From Callorhinchus milii (Eukaryota): DNA of 64,000 nt. Made by a program: the position numbers and the translations under genes. The DNA lies in assembly GCF_018977255.1 (NCBI RefSeq), contig NW_024704749.1, positions 2,914,001-2,978,000 of the forward strand, given 5' to 3'. Within the stretch, counting starts at the first letter, position 1, and every line of letters starts with the position of its first letter. The notes beneath the pieces were generated by a model. The model did not search any database, was not told the DNA's origin, and saw nothing but the letters and a program-made list of their open reading frames with translations. Shown here one piece after another: positions 1 through 10,665 of this stretch.

Positions 1-1075
1 ACATTGACTCACGTTCCTTCTCCATAGATGCTGCCTGACCTGCAGTGTGTACCCAGCGACTTCGGTTTTTGTTTTAGATTTACAGCATCTGCAATATTTT
101 GCGTTTCTTTGCGTTTTGTATCTATAGATGTTGTTGCAGACGTGTTGCTTCTGGGCTTCTTATCCCAGTTCCACTCAAATAATCTAATCTTAAACATTAA
201 ATTGCATAATCAGCTTCAAAAGCAATTGTATAATATTGAACAATGTTGTAGTTTGCAATAAAAGGGGAAGAGTTCAATGTGACACACGTGCAACTTTGAT
301 CCTTCGATACAGCGACATCTGCTGATGTTGACACTTCAGCCAAGATGTGGTCAGGCGGAAGATTGAAGAAACGTTTCTCAACAGCAGATTTAAACGGCAA
401 AATCCACCAGTCCGTCATAACATTTTAAAATGGGCAGATTTGCGGAAATGTTTTAATTTCCACCTTAATTGGGAAGTTGATTCTTTTCAAAGAAATACGG
501 AAAAGGCGATTTACAAATTACGACTGAATTCAAGATTCGATTAAAGTTTAAGATAAAGCGATCTTACAGCTTGAGACGAGGTGGGATTTTGAGCCTTCGA
601 AGCCTCCGGAGCGCACAGTACAGAATGAAACCTGTTGCAGGGGAATGCTGTTCGCCTGTTAAATTGTTGCTATGATTTACAAGTATGTAATATTTCCTCC
701 CGAAAGACATGTCTGTAAACCAAATCCATTGATGGTCGCTATTTTATGTCAAACAAAGTGCAGAATAATACAAACAAGACGAAAACCTCATGGTTTGACT
801 GATCGGCAAGAAAATATGGAAGAAAATGAGCGACGCACTGAGGCCAATGCAGTGACATTTTACTATCGTTCGATATTCGTGTAATATGACACATGGAGAA
901 CTCGTACAATTCAACATAAGAATTCCAACAAACGATATGAACTGCGTATTCATTGTTAGCTATTTGGGAAATTTATGACATCATTAACATAATCGACTAA
1001 TTATTAAAAACGCAATTATTATTATTAAAGGTAGATTGCCAATTGTACATTCGACTATCGGTGCACATTCCTGGT

Positions 1076-1398
1076 TTAGGTACAACTGGATCTGGCGATG
1101 CTTTTCTCGAGCGGAGTGGCCAGAGTCTGGTGTTTGACCACACAGGAATACAGGTCGTGTGACTCCCACTCGGAGGTTGGCAGAGTCAGATAACTGCTCA
1201 CACTGTACGTGTTGTCCGCCTGCTGTTTGATCGCACTCGTTTCAACACCTTCACTTCTGGCACTGCCATCCACAGTCCACTCGACCTCCACAGCTCCCGG
1301 GATAAAATCATTCACCAGACACACCAGGGTCGCCTTGCTCTTTGCTGTGATTTGATCTGGTGAAGGCGGAAGGACACTCACCGAAGGGCCCTGTGGTT
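1076..1398 (-). CDS. IGLC: Ig light chain constant exon, cluster A (lambda-like/type II)
   Basis: C1-set Ig domain (K)PQGPSVSVLPPSPDQITAKSKATLVCLVNDFIPGAVEVEW...YSCVVKHQTLATPLEKSIARSSCT-stop. Acceptor ttttccttccAG at 1400-1399, phase 1 matching the J donor. Penultimate Cys fits the H-L disulfide. Confidence 0.97.
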
Positions 1399-3417
1399 CT
1401 GGAAGGAAAAGATTTTGCACTCAGATAATGTTCATTATTTGATAACACGAAGGACAGTTGAAAATTAATTATCAAATCACTGTATGAAACATTTCAACGT
1501 GTTCTTGTCTGTTAACAATAATGTTGAACAGTGACAATGTCCGCCTATAAATGTATTAAATCAGTGAGAAATGGTTAATTTTGATAAGAATTCCTCGCCA
1601 TATCCTCTGTATCTTGTTATACCAGCTGTAGATTCCCACGAATGCATTTACGAAATTGATGAATACAATCAACAGAAACGACAGCAGATAATAAATATGG
1701 TGTCAGAAGGAATATTGCCGGGAGCAGCTGATTGAAAGCGCGGTTAAACTTTAGGATTATTAATTATATCTCTGACCAAGTTAATTCACAAGCCATAGAA
1801 CGGGCAAAAAAAGGCAATAATTGATTGTGTTTGCAACTAAATTCTCCATTCCAATGAATTCCCCGTAAAGGTCCATCGAGCGCCTCGACTTCCAACTATG
1901 CCGAATATTGGGAGGAAATGTGTGAACCTTCGATGACTTTGGGGAGTTTCAATAAACGCTACACAATGGCTGGACACGACTTGTAGTTTCTATAGTTTTC
2001 TTTCCTCAGTCGGGAAGAACTTCGATTCAAGCTTCACAACTGTGCGGCTGAGCAATGATGGACTTCAACTAATTCGAAGAAGGTCGGGAATAAAATATTA
2101 ATAATAATCCTTGCATTTGTTAGAGCGCATTGTAACACTTTCGAGACGACTCAAATTACTTCACAAAATACACGGTGAAGGGAATTGACTATATTTTGTG
2201 GAGGAAACGCGAGCGAAAGAAAATTAAAAGCCCCACAATCGGAAAGTTATTTGTATACAATCTCCAGGTTCAGTACATCACGAAATAAAACGATCTATTT
2301 CTAAATACAACCCAAACGTTCACAGTTATTTTGATAACGAGTCGGTTTGAAGAGGCCACATTGTCGGGACATAAACATCTTGAATTCCCACAATTTATAT
2401 AACATTTTTCTTTGTGCTTTTATTTCTGATTTGACAAGACAGAGCCGAAGCTCAACCCGTGCTTCACTGAGCGCTGATTCACATCTGACCACTTATAGCA
2501 ACTTGTGACGAAACACATGTAACATTACTGGGTGTCTTTTTCTAATTGCAATGTCGCTCCTCTCAGCGACACCAAATGCGGAATTGGGAGAAAATAGAGC
2601 ATTTTAAACAATCAGAAATCCAAAAACAACTTTGCGGTTAAAAACATAATATAGAGACATCTCTTAATGGGAGGAATAACTCAGTGGTTCACAATCACTC
2701 GCTGAGCCGACTGCAATATTTGAATTATTCCAAAACAATGGATTAGACGTTGATGTAAAATAATGGTCAGAGAAACCTCTCTTACAGTTATTCCCAGATA
2801 TCTGGGCATTAGTTGAAGAGGGTTACTCGGACTTTTGCAAGTTGGAATTCTTCAAACATTAATTTAGTTACAGAACAGAAACATGTCCACGATATCCTGT
2901 TCCCTCTGAGAATTGCGCCGATCACCAATCGGTCCATTGGAGACCAGGGAGAGTCACCCTGTGGAAGGCTGTTGTTTCACTTGTGCTGGAGATTCTTTTA
3001 ACTATCACCTCATGGTTACAAACTGGGAAAAAGATTTGAAGTAAACATAATGTACATAATGTTATTTTTGAAGTTTACCACCATTTAACTCCTCTTGAAT
3101 AATTTCCTACATCCTCCCTGTTGCCTGTACCCGATTTCTGCACTATCCGCCTTAATTCTTCAGAGATTCACAATGAAACTCAGGGTTCACATGTTTGTTA
3201 CTTCAAAATATCCGAATTCCACATTAAAAAAATCTTCACCAAAATTATGTCCAGATGTAAATATTACAGGAAAAGGGTGAAACACTATTGAAGACAGAGC
3301 GAGGCTCAGACAAAAAACATTTATACTGTAGAATCTTTAAAGTAGAACCAGATCAAAATAATTATTGGAAAGTCCAAACCCCCACATGCAAAGTGCACAA
3401 TGTCGAAGATCACTTAC

Positions 3418-3765
3418 TTTTCAGATTCAGTATAGTCCCTTTACCGAACAGGAAGATGTCATGCGGACTGGTGCTTAACCAGGCACCACAGAAGTATTCG
3501 GCGGCGTCCTCCGGTTGCACACCGCTGATGGTTAAATGCATGTTCGATGAGCCTTTAGAACCAGTGAATCGATCAGGAATTCCCTGACCTGTGGTGCCGC
3601 TTTGATACCAAACAAACAGAGGGGCGCTGCCAGGCTTCCGCTGGTACCAGCTCACCCAATAGCTGCCCAGACTGCCTCCGGACATGGTGCAGGCGATCGT
3701 GACCGTGTGTCCCGGGGTGGTTGAGATGGACGGTGGCTGAGTCAGGGTAACAGCTGCAGTTGTCC
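3418..3765 (-). CDS. IGLV: Germline-joined VJ exon, cluster A
   Basis: [26 protein letters not shown]...WYQRKPG...IPDRFTGS...EDAAEYFC-GAWLSTSPHDIFL-FGKGTILNLK is one open frame with no RSS between V and J. Acceptor accAG at 3767-3766; donor GTAAGT from 3417. Confidence 0.96.
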
Positions 3766-3855
3766 CTGGTGAGATAACAAGTCACAAATAGGTCACATTG
3801 TAGAACTGTACAAAGTGAATTTAATGTATATCAGTTCGGATTCCACAGCGCTTAC

Positions 3856-3904
3856 CATGCAGATACAGGAGTAGGGCCACTGGAACTCGGAGCCAATCGC
3901 CCAT
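3856..3904 (-). CDS. Leader exon, cluster A
   Basis: ATG at 3904, MGDWLRVPVALLLYLH(G), donor GTAAG at 3855, 90-nt intron to the VJ exon in the correct phase. Confidence 0.93.
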
Positions 3905-4160
3905 TCTTAACATTTTGATGAAGATCAGAGAGATGAGAGATTTTCAAGACAAATGACACTTTCCTGCTTCTTTGCAAACATCTCCTTAAGAACCATCAGG
4001 TGATGCAAGTCCAATTGAATTGATAAACTATGCAAATCACTCTCCGGGTTGCACCGTCCAATAGAGTTCCTTGTTCTGAACAGGAGATTGAAGATCATGC
4101 AGATTTGAGGCATTTTACCGCCCATATTTCAAAAGATATTTCATGATAATATTGCATAAC
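3905..4160 (-). promoter_or_regulatory. IgL promoter, cluster A
   Basis: Decamer TGATTTGCAT at 4030-4039 (minus; light-chain orientation) ~125 nt upstream of the ATG, E-box CACCTG at 3997-4002, TTAA element and CCAAT motifs. Block conserved with clusters B-D. Confidence 0.85.
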
Positions 4161-4959
4161 CTTTCTCCCTGAAGAGTTTGATGCATTGAAACGTTTTTGT
4201 TTCTAATACGAAACAAAGTATTTCATGCTACGTAAAGGTAATATTTTGTGTAGTCCTGTAGTTGAGTGACTGTAGCACTCTCCTCGCAAACAACAGGAAC
4301 TGGCTTCGACTCCAGGTCAGGGCCAAAATGTGTCACTCAATCCACGACTGTTTGTAGGACACGACAGTGTGCCATCGGCTGCCGAGTTTCACCCACAAAA
4401 TATAAAGTAATTTAATTTGGCAGCGTTGAGAAACCTAGAAATTGCGATAAATTGCTGTATCAAATGCAATGATTATTATTAATAGTAACCGAACAAAACA
4501 GTTATTTACAGAATGGTGGAAAAGTTTTATTCCATTAAACATTAATATATGTCATGGTTTTTCAGCGTGTAAATCCTGCAATATCACTTGCCCAGGTTCA
4601 CAGGCAATTTCACTGTCGTGGAGCTTATTCCGATGTTGGATAATTATTTCAGCGATTTGTTGGGTTCTGGGCAATCAGTAGAACAGTACCAGCTTATTCT
4701 TTATAGCCATGCTTTAGGTAAGGATTGACAACAGAGGAACCAAAGACAGTTGCAGTTGCAGGTTGCACGCTGTCCTGTTACACCTGACTTTTGACAGACT
4801 TGCACAGGAAGCTACGCTTTATAAGCAACGCCAGCCATTCTTAAATTATATGTACAGTTTGTAGATTTTTCCCAATATATACTGTCCAAGTCACCTTCCT
4901 GCGGGTTCCAGTCGTGATGCTGCCCTCACACTGGTATTCTCTTGACTCCACTCCACTAC

Positions 4960-5300
4960 TGCAGACATGATCTGTTTAGCGAGGTGAATGTATCACCCCT
5001 ACCGTCGCCCGGGTCCATTTGCGACCTATCTCCCAGACGATAAAGCTCAAAAGCCTCATCATCGCCTTCATAGCCCTCTACGGCCTTGTTCCCCCCTACC
5101 GCTGTATCACGTTGTTCTCTGAGTCCCTTCATCTTGTTCCTTCCTGTCACTCGTTCAATGACCACCTTAAGTCGCTCCCTCGTCGTCCACAGCATCAGTC
5201 GCTCTCCGATCCCTACACTCCATTCCCTCCACCTCGCCTGATCTCAATCCCCAGCTGTTCATAATCCCTGACTGTCCAGCGCCTTCAGACATCATCTCTA
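4960..5300 (+). mobile_element. Old degraded L2-like LINE 3' fragment (paralogous copies near 26.75-27.15, 41.5-41.9 and 56.45-56.7 kb)
   Basis: Remnant peptide KLKSLIIAFIALYGLVPPY resembles the L2 C-terminal FKILILTYKAIHGLAP seen in younger copies; pyrimidine-rich 3' region. Confidence 0.5.
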
Positions 5301-6032
5301 AATGAAATGCGCTGCACAAAAGTAATTTGTTGTTATTACCAAAAAATAAACGAACTCCATTCCCACTTCCTGAGCCTAAAAGAACGTTTCTCTCTTATGA
5401 CGTTATAAACGTTATAGAGCCGGGACTCTGTTGATCTGCGAGCAGGGAGGACAGCAATGCACTTACAGGTGCTTGTGATGTATTGTTGATGTAGAATTAG
5501 CTCTGTTTTGTAACATGTATAGGCAGTGCCACAAGTAATATTTGCAACATTTGTTAATTTGAGATACCTTTCGCCAAACATTTCGTTAATCGGGTCAATA
5601 TCATCACATAGGAATCCGGTCGGCGCTGCGATATCATCTCCGTCCTGCCTTTTACATTGTGTTTTGTTGTTTCAACCACAATATCATGTTGAGGTTGTAG
5701 TGTGTGGAAAGGTTTGCACTTTAGCAAATGGTTCTCTTCTAATCTTGGAAGAGAGCCTCATAATGAATGTTTTGGTGAAGGTGGCCTCGCCGTGCTTCAA
5801 CAATGATTTGCACTATTCCGCCTGTTTCCCATTTGCCCTGTAATACTGGAGTTTTTCTGATAAACCATTTAACACCTGTAAATCTATATTTCCTTCCAGG
5901 GAACAGGGATGCGATGGCATCAAAACACAAATACTCAATTGCGATCTTCTGGACCTATTTCTGACAGTTATAATGTGATGTGATATGGAGCGAGATATGT
6001 AAAAGCAGATATATGTTGCTCAACCTGCTGAA

Positions 6033-7216
6033 CTGCTTTTCCTCCAGCCCCCGCACTGTCTCGTGCGGTGTCCCTCAGGGGTCTGTCCTCGGTCCCCTCC
6101 TCTTCACCCTCTATATGCTCCCCCTGTGGTGATATCATCTGCAGACATGGAGTTAACTTCCACATGTATGCGGATGACACCCAACTCTACCTTTCCTCCT
6201 CTACCCTCAACTCCACGACCACCGATGTCCTGACAGCTGCCTGTCCGACATCGAGTCCTGGACGAGAGACAACTTTCTTCAGCTGAACGTGCGTAAAACT
6301 GAGGCCCTCCTGATTGGCTCACGTCAGCGCCTCCGCACCTCAGGCGCTGACAGCTTCAGCATCCAAGGCTGCACTCTCCACCTATCAAAGCCAGTCAGGA
6401 ACCTCGGGGTTCTGTTCGACCCTGAGCTGTCCTTTCTTCCTGATATCCGCGCCACAACTGGCACCGCATTCCATCACCTCCGAAACATCGTCAGACTATG
6501 GCACTATCTCACCCCTCACGCTGCTGAAACTCTGGTCCACGCCTTTATCACCTCAAGGCTGGACTACGGTAACTCCCTCTTCACCGGCCTTCCGGGCACC
6601 TCCCTCCACAAGCTGCAGGTCATTCAGAACTCTACAGCTCGTGTACTGTCCCGCACCAGGTTTCATGACCACATCACTCCCACCCTCGCTCGCCTCCACT
6701 GGCTCTCCATTCCCCAGAGAATCGAATTCAAGATCCTCATCCTCACCTACAAGGCCATTCACGGCCTTGCGCCCTCCCACCTCTCCGACCTAGTATCACT
6801 CTATCTATCTGCCCATACCCTCCGTTCCTCTGGCTCCGGTCTGCTCCACATCCCCCGCCCCAACCGCCCTATCATCAGTGGCCGGGCCTTCAGCCTCTCA
6901 GCCCCGAGGCTCTGGAACTCTATCCCCCAGTGCCTTTGCCACTTCCTCCCTTTCCTCCTTCAAGGCCGGTCTCAAGACCTTTCTCTTTGACCGTGCCTGC
7001 AGCTCCCCTCTCAACTCTCTACCCCCTCCTCGCCCCCTCCCTTCCCTCCCCTCACCCTGACCATTTTCCCCCTCCTCGCTCCCTCTCTTCCCTTCCCTCC
7101 CCTCACCCTGACCATTTCCCCCCTGCTTGGGTCCTGACCCAACTGTCCAGCGCTTTGGGACGTCCTCTCGATGTGAAAGGTGCTCTATAAATGGAATCTT
7201 GTTGTTGTTGTTGTTG
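6033..7216 (+). mobile_element. 5'-truncated L2-clade non-LTR retrotransposon (RT C-terminal half, frameshifted)
   Basis: [35 protein letters not shown] and LHWL..QRIEFKILIL motifs across frameshifts; 3' UTR ending gtgaaaggtgctctataaatggaatctt(GTT)n. Confidence 0.92.
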
Positions 7217-7318
7217 CATGAAGAGCAGTGCTCAAATGCAGGTTTTCACTGTCATTTGGACAAGCCTGTGTTGAATTCTGCGCATGCGTTGATCCAATGC
7301 CACATTTCTGACTCAAAT

Positions 7319-7648
7319 AATAATAATAATAATAATAATCCTTGCATTTGATATAGCGCTCTTCACGTCGGGAGGACGTCCCAAAGCGCTTCACAGAACA
7401 CACTGTAAAGTGAATTGACTGTATATTTGTGGATGAACATGGCAGTCGATTGTGCACAGCAATGTCCCACAAACAGTCGTAGATTGAAAATGACCAATTT
7501 ATTTTTGTTTTTGGTTTTGGAGGGATTATTATTAGGCTCTGTGTGGAGTAAGGAAACTTGCCCAAGGTTTCGCCCTGACCTGCCTGGAATTGAACTCAGG
7601 TCTCTCGCTTGCAAAGTGAGTGCTCTAACCACTGAGCTACAGGACTCC
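7319..7648 (-). mobile_element. Full-length tRNA-derived SINE with L2-type 3' tail
   Basis: Head GGAGTCCTGTAGCTCAGTGGTTAGAGC...GAGTTCAATTCC (A and B boxes, TGC anticodon-like loop); tail gggacgtcctcccgacgtgaagagcgctatatcaaatgcaagg(ATT)n; aaat target-site duplication. Confidence 0.92.
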
Positions 7649-7764
7649 AAATGACTTGTGAATGCACAGAGACATAGAGCAGCTTTCATTTTAAAACATA
7701 ACTGCAGTACTGCTACATTATGTGTGCTATATTATTAAAAATAAATGTATAATATCAACATCAT

Positions 7765-8460
7765 AATCAAAATTACATTTGTATAGCGCCTTTCTCTACG
7801 GGAGGACATCCCAAGTCGCTGGACAATCACTGTTTCGGATCCATGCTGCGGGGTTCGGGTGGGATCGGGGAGTCTGGAAGTCGGGGGGGCAGGGGGAGCG
7901 GGGCAAAGCAGGGAGATTGAAGGCATGGTCGAAGAAGAGGCTCTTGAGACAGGTGTTCAAGGAAGCAAGGGAGGGAATGAGACAGTACGACTGTGGCATT
8001 TACTTCCAGAGGATGGGAGCAGAGTGGCTGAATACCCAACTGCCAAAGATGGGGTGGGCAATGCGGGGTATGGGAAGCAGGACGGTGCCCGAGTTTGGGC
8101 AGAATGGTAATGGATTAAGAGGTCTCTAAAGTAGTGGGGATCAAGGCCATTTAGGGCTTTGAAGGTGAGAATCAGGATCTTGTACTGTATCCTTTGTGTG
8201 ATGGGAAGCAAGTAGTTAGGTGAGGATAGGGCGAGAGATGTTCAATGAGCCTTGTGCAGAGGACAGAGGCTGCAGAGTTTGCTATGATCTGTAGACTATT
8301 GAGGGAGGAGTTGGGTAGGCTGACAAATATGGAGTTTGCATAGTCAAGCTTAGATGTTTGAAAGCGTGAATGACAGTTTTGACGGCTTGCGGTTTGAGCC
8401 GTGTGATGTTGCAGAGGTGAGGGGAGGTCATGGTACAGATACAGATTGGATAGTACATTG
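7765..8460 (-). mobile_element. Older degraded L2 3' fragment
   Basis: L2 tail motif at ~7780-7810 and remnant QRIQYKILILTFKALNGLDP and LDYANSIFVSLP peptides. Confidence 0.75.
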
Positions 8461-9031
8461 GATATAGGAGGGCATTTCCTGATGATCCACTGGATATACT
8501 GTATGTATTTTCTAGGCAAACGTGGTAGCCAGTTTGGGAACAGCAGCATCTCACAAACAGCCATGACGTGAATGATAATCTATAATTAGTGAATTTTCAG
8601 AGGAGACCAGGAGAAGTTCTCTCCTCCGTTTTCAGAGTGATTCGGGATGTTTACCATCCATCATGAATAGGCAAGTAGCATGCGTCCGACACAACACAGC
8701 ACATCCCCAACTTTGCATTACAGTGTTACCCTGGACAATAGGAATTGAAAGTCCAAATGTGGGACTTGAATCCACAATCTTCTGCATCAGAGACTAGAAT
8801 GCTACCAACTGCACAATGCTGACATGCCACGCTGACAAGTGCGAAGATGTCCTAGACTTCTTTATGTCAATGATCAAAAATATCGCTTCACTGCATCCTT
8901 CTCCCCTACATCTCATTCCACATTCCCCAGACCATCTATTCCATCCCCTCCTGCCACAAAGGCCCCTTAAGGTCTTGATTATGTTCAATGTTCAGATCTT
9001 GATTAAACTTAGTGTGCTATTCTGCTGAAGT

Positions 9032-9039
9032 ATTTGCAT
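9032..9039 (+). promoter_or_regulatory. Octamer ATTTGCAT in C-exon 3' flank (also 14237-14244, 31745-31752, 44698-44705, 60063-60070)
   Basis: Perfect octamer at the homologous position in five paralogous 3' flanks, 1.3-2.0 kb downstream of a C stop codon. Function is inferred only. Confidence 0.5.
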
Positions 9040-9487
9040 ATCAAAGTTTAATTGACATGGAAATACCTTATCAAAAATTCCCATCTACTGAAGTATTTCC
9101 ATACAAATACCTTGTGATTATTTCCCAAAACATATATTGATAAAGATTAAAACTCATGTTGATTAAGTTTCATTGATATCTATTCATAACATTAAAAGTT
9201 TAACTATGTGATTGTGGCCTTTCTAACGGCTTAGATTAACTATGAAATAAAATCTGTCTTTGGTACTCAGCCTAGGCATGGTATTGGCCAAGATGGTATT
9301 TGATTGATTGGCTTCATGGCTTCTCTGGAAATTTACGTGACAGAGTATTTCTAATGGGTGTATCTTCTCACAAAATAGGCTAATATTATGTAATTGGTAT
9401 GTTTTGACTCTTCCTTTGTCAAGGAAAAAGGTATTGACCCGGAAATACTTGAGTTGATTGGCATCAAACAAACATGTTGTTGCAGAT

Positions 9488-9851
9488 CTACCTGCTCGTA
9501 CCCTCCATTCCTCTGGCTCCGGTCTGCTCCACATCCCCCGCCCCAACCGCCCTACCATCGGTGGTCGGGCCTTCAGTCTCTCAGCCCCGAGGCTCTGGAA
9601 CTCCATCCCCCAGTACCTTCGCCGCCTCCTCCCTTTCCTCCTTCAAGGCCGGTCTCAAGACCTTTCTCTTTGACCGTGCCTTCAGCTCCCCTCACGACTC
9701 TCTACCCCCTCCTCGCTCCCTCCCCTCCCTCCCCTCATCCTGACCATTTTCCCCCTGCTCGGGTCCTGACCCAACTGTACAGCACCTTGGGACGTCCTCC
9801 CGACGTGAAAGGCGCTCTATAAATGGAATCTTGATGTCGTTGTTGTTGTTG
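9488..9851 (+). mobile_element. Young L2 3' fragment
   Basis: Close match to 6800-7216 including the (GTT)n tail; interrupts a gttgttgcaga^cgtgttgc site that is empty at ~130 and ~11290. Confidence 0.9.
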
Positions 9852-10444
9852 AGGTGTTGCTTCGGGGCTTCTTATTCTAGTTCCACAATCTTTATTATTA
9901 TATTGAATAATGACCATCAAAATTACTTGTATAATGTTTAGCAATGTTGTCGTCTGCAATAAAAGGGAAAGAGATTCATGTGACACACATGCAACTTTGA
10001 TCCGTTGATACAGCGATACCTGCGGATGTTAATAAATCAGCTAAGCTGTTGCCATGTGGAAGTTGGAAGCAAACGCTTCTCAACAGCAGATTTAAAGAAC
10101 AAAAATCCGCCAGTTCGTCATAACATTTAAAATTCCGCAACTTTGATGAAATGTTTCATTTAAACCTTCATTGGGAAGTTGATTTTTTTAAAGAAATATG
10201 GAAAATCGACTTACAAATTAAGACTTAAATGAATTCAATACCTTCCTTCCTCCTTCCGATTCCAGACATTATTAAAGTTTCAGATAAAACGATCTTAGAG
10301 GCTGAGACTACATGGGATTTTGAACCTTCGAAGCCTCCGAAGCGCACAATACAGAATTAAACCTGTTTATGTGATTTACAGCCAGTGTAATATTTCCTCC
10401 CGTAAGAGAGCATGCCTGCAAACCAAATCCATAAAATTCCAGAT

Positions 10445-10665
10445 TTAGGTACAACTGGATCTGGCGATGCTTTTCTCGAGCGGAATGGCCAGAGTCTGGT
10501 GTTTGACCACACAGGAATACAGGTCGTGTGACTCCCACTCGGAGGTTGGCAGAGTCAGATAACTGCTCACACTGTACGTGTTGTCCGCCTGCTGTTTGAT
10601 CGCACTCGTTTCAACACCTTGACTTCTGGCACTGCCATCCACAGTCCACTCGACCTCCACAGCTC
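10445..10665 (-). pseudogene. 5'-truncated Ig light chain C pseudo-exon
   Basis: VEVEWTVDG...SIARSSCT-stop nearly identical to functional C exons, but homology stops at 10665 (acceptor and first ~34 codons lost) and ~350 nt of 3' UTR including the polyA signal is deleted at ~10436. Confidence 0.93.

Noticed and set aside
1399-1420. N-terminal MQNLFLPE extension on the C ORFs
   Set aside because: Intron/polypyrimidine tract upstream of the acceptor; the start codon is TTG/GTG-type and not real.
3410-3417. In-frame TGA right after the J donor as a programmed free V-domain product
   Set aside because: Largely follows from the GTAAGT donor consensus; no evidence of intron retention or a dedicated intronic polyA site.
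7000-7140. Pyrimidine-rich repeats (ccctcccctcaccctgaccatttcccc) as an array or switch-like region
   Set aside because: Internal tandem duplication in the L2 3' UTR, seen in other L2 copies; no spacers, so not CRISPR-like.
7560-7648. tRNA-Ala(TGC)-like gene
   Set aside because: No proper acceptor stem or T-run terminator; continues into SINE body and tail and recurs with them.
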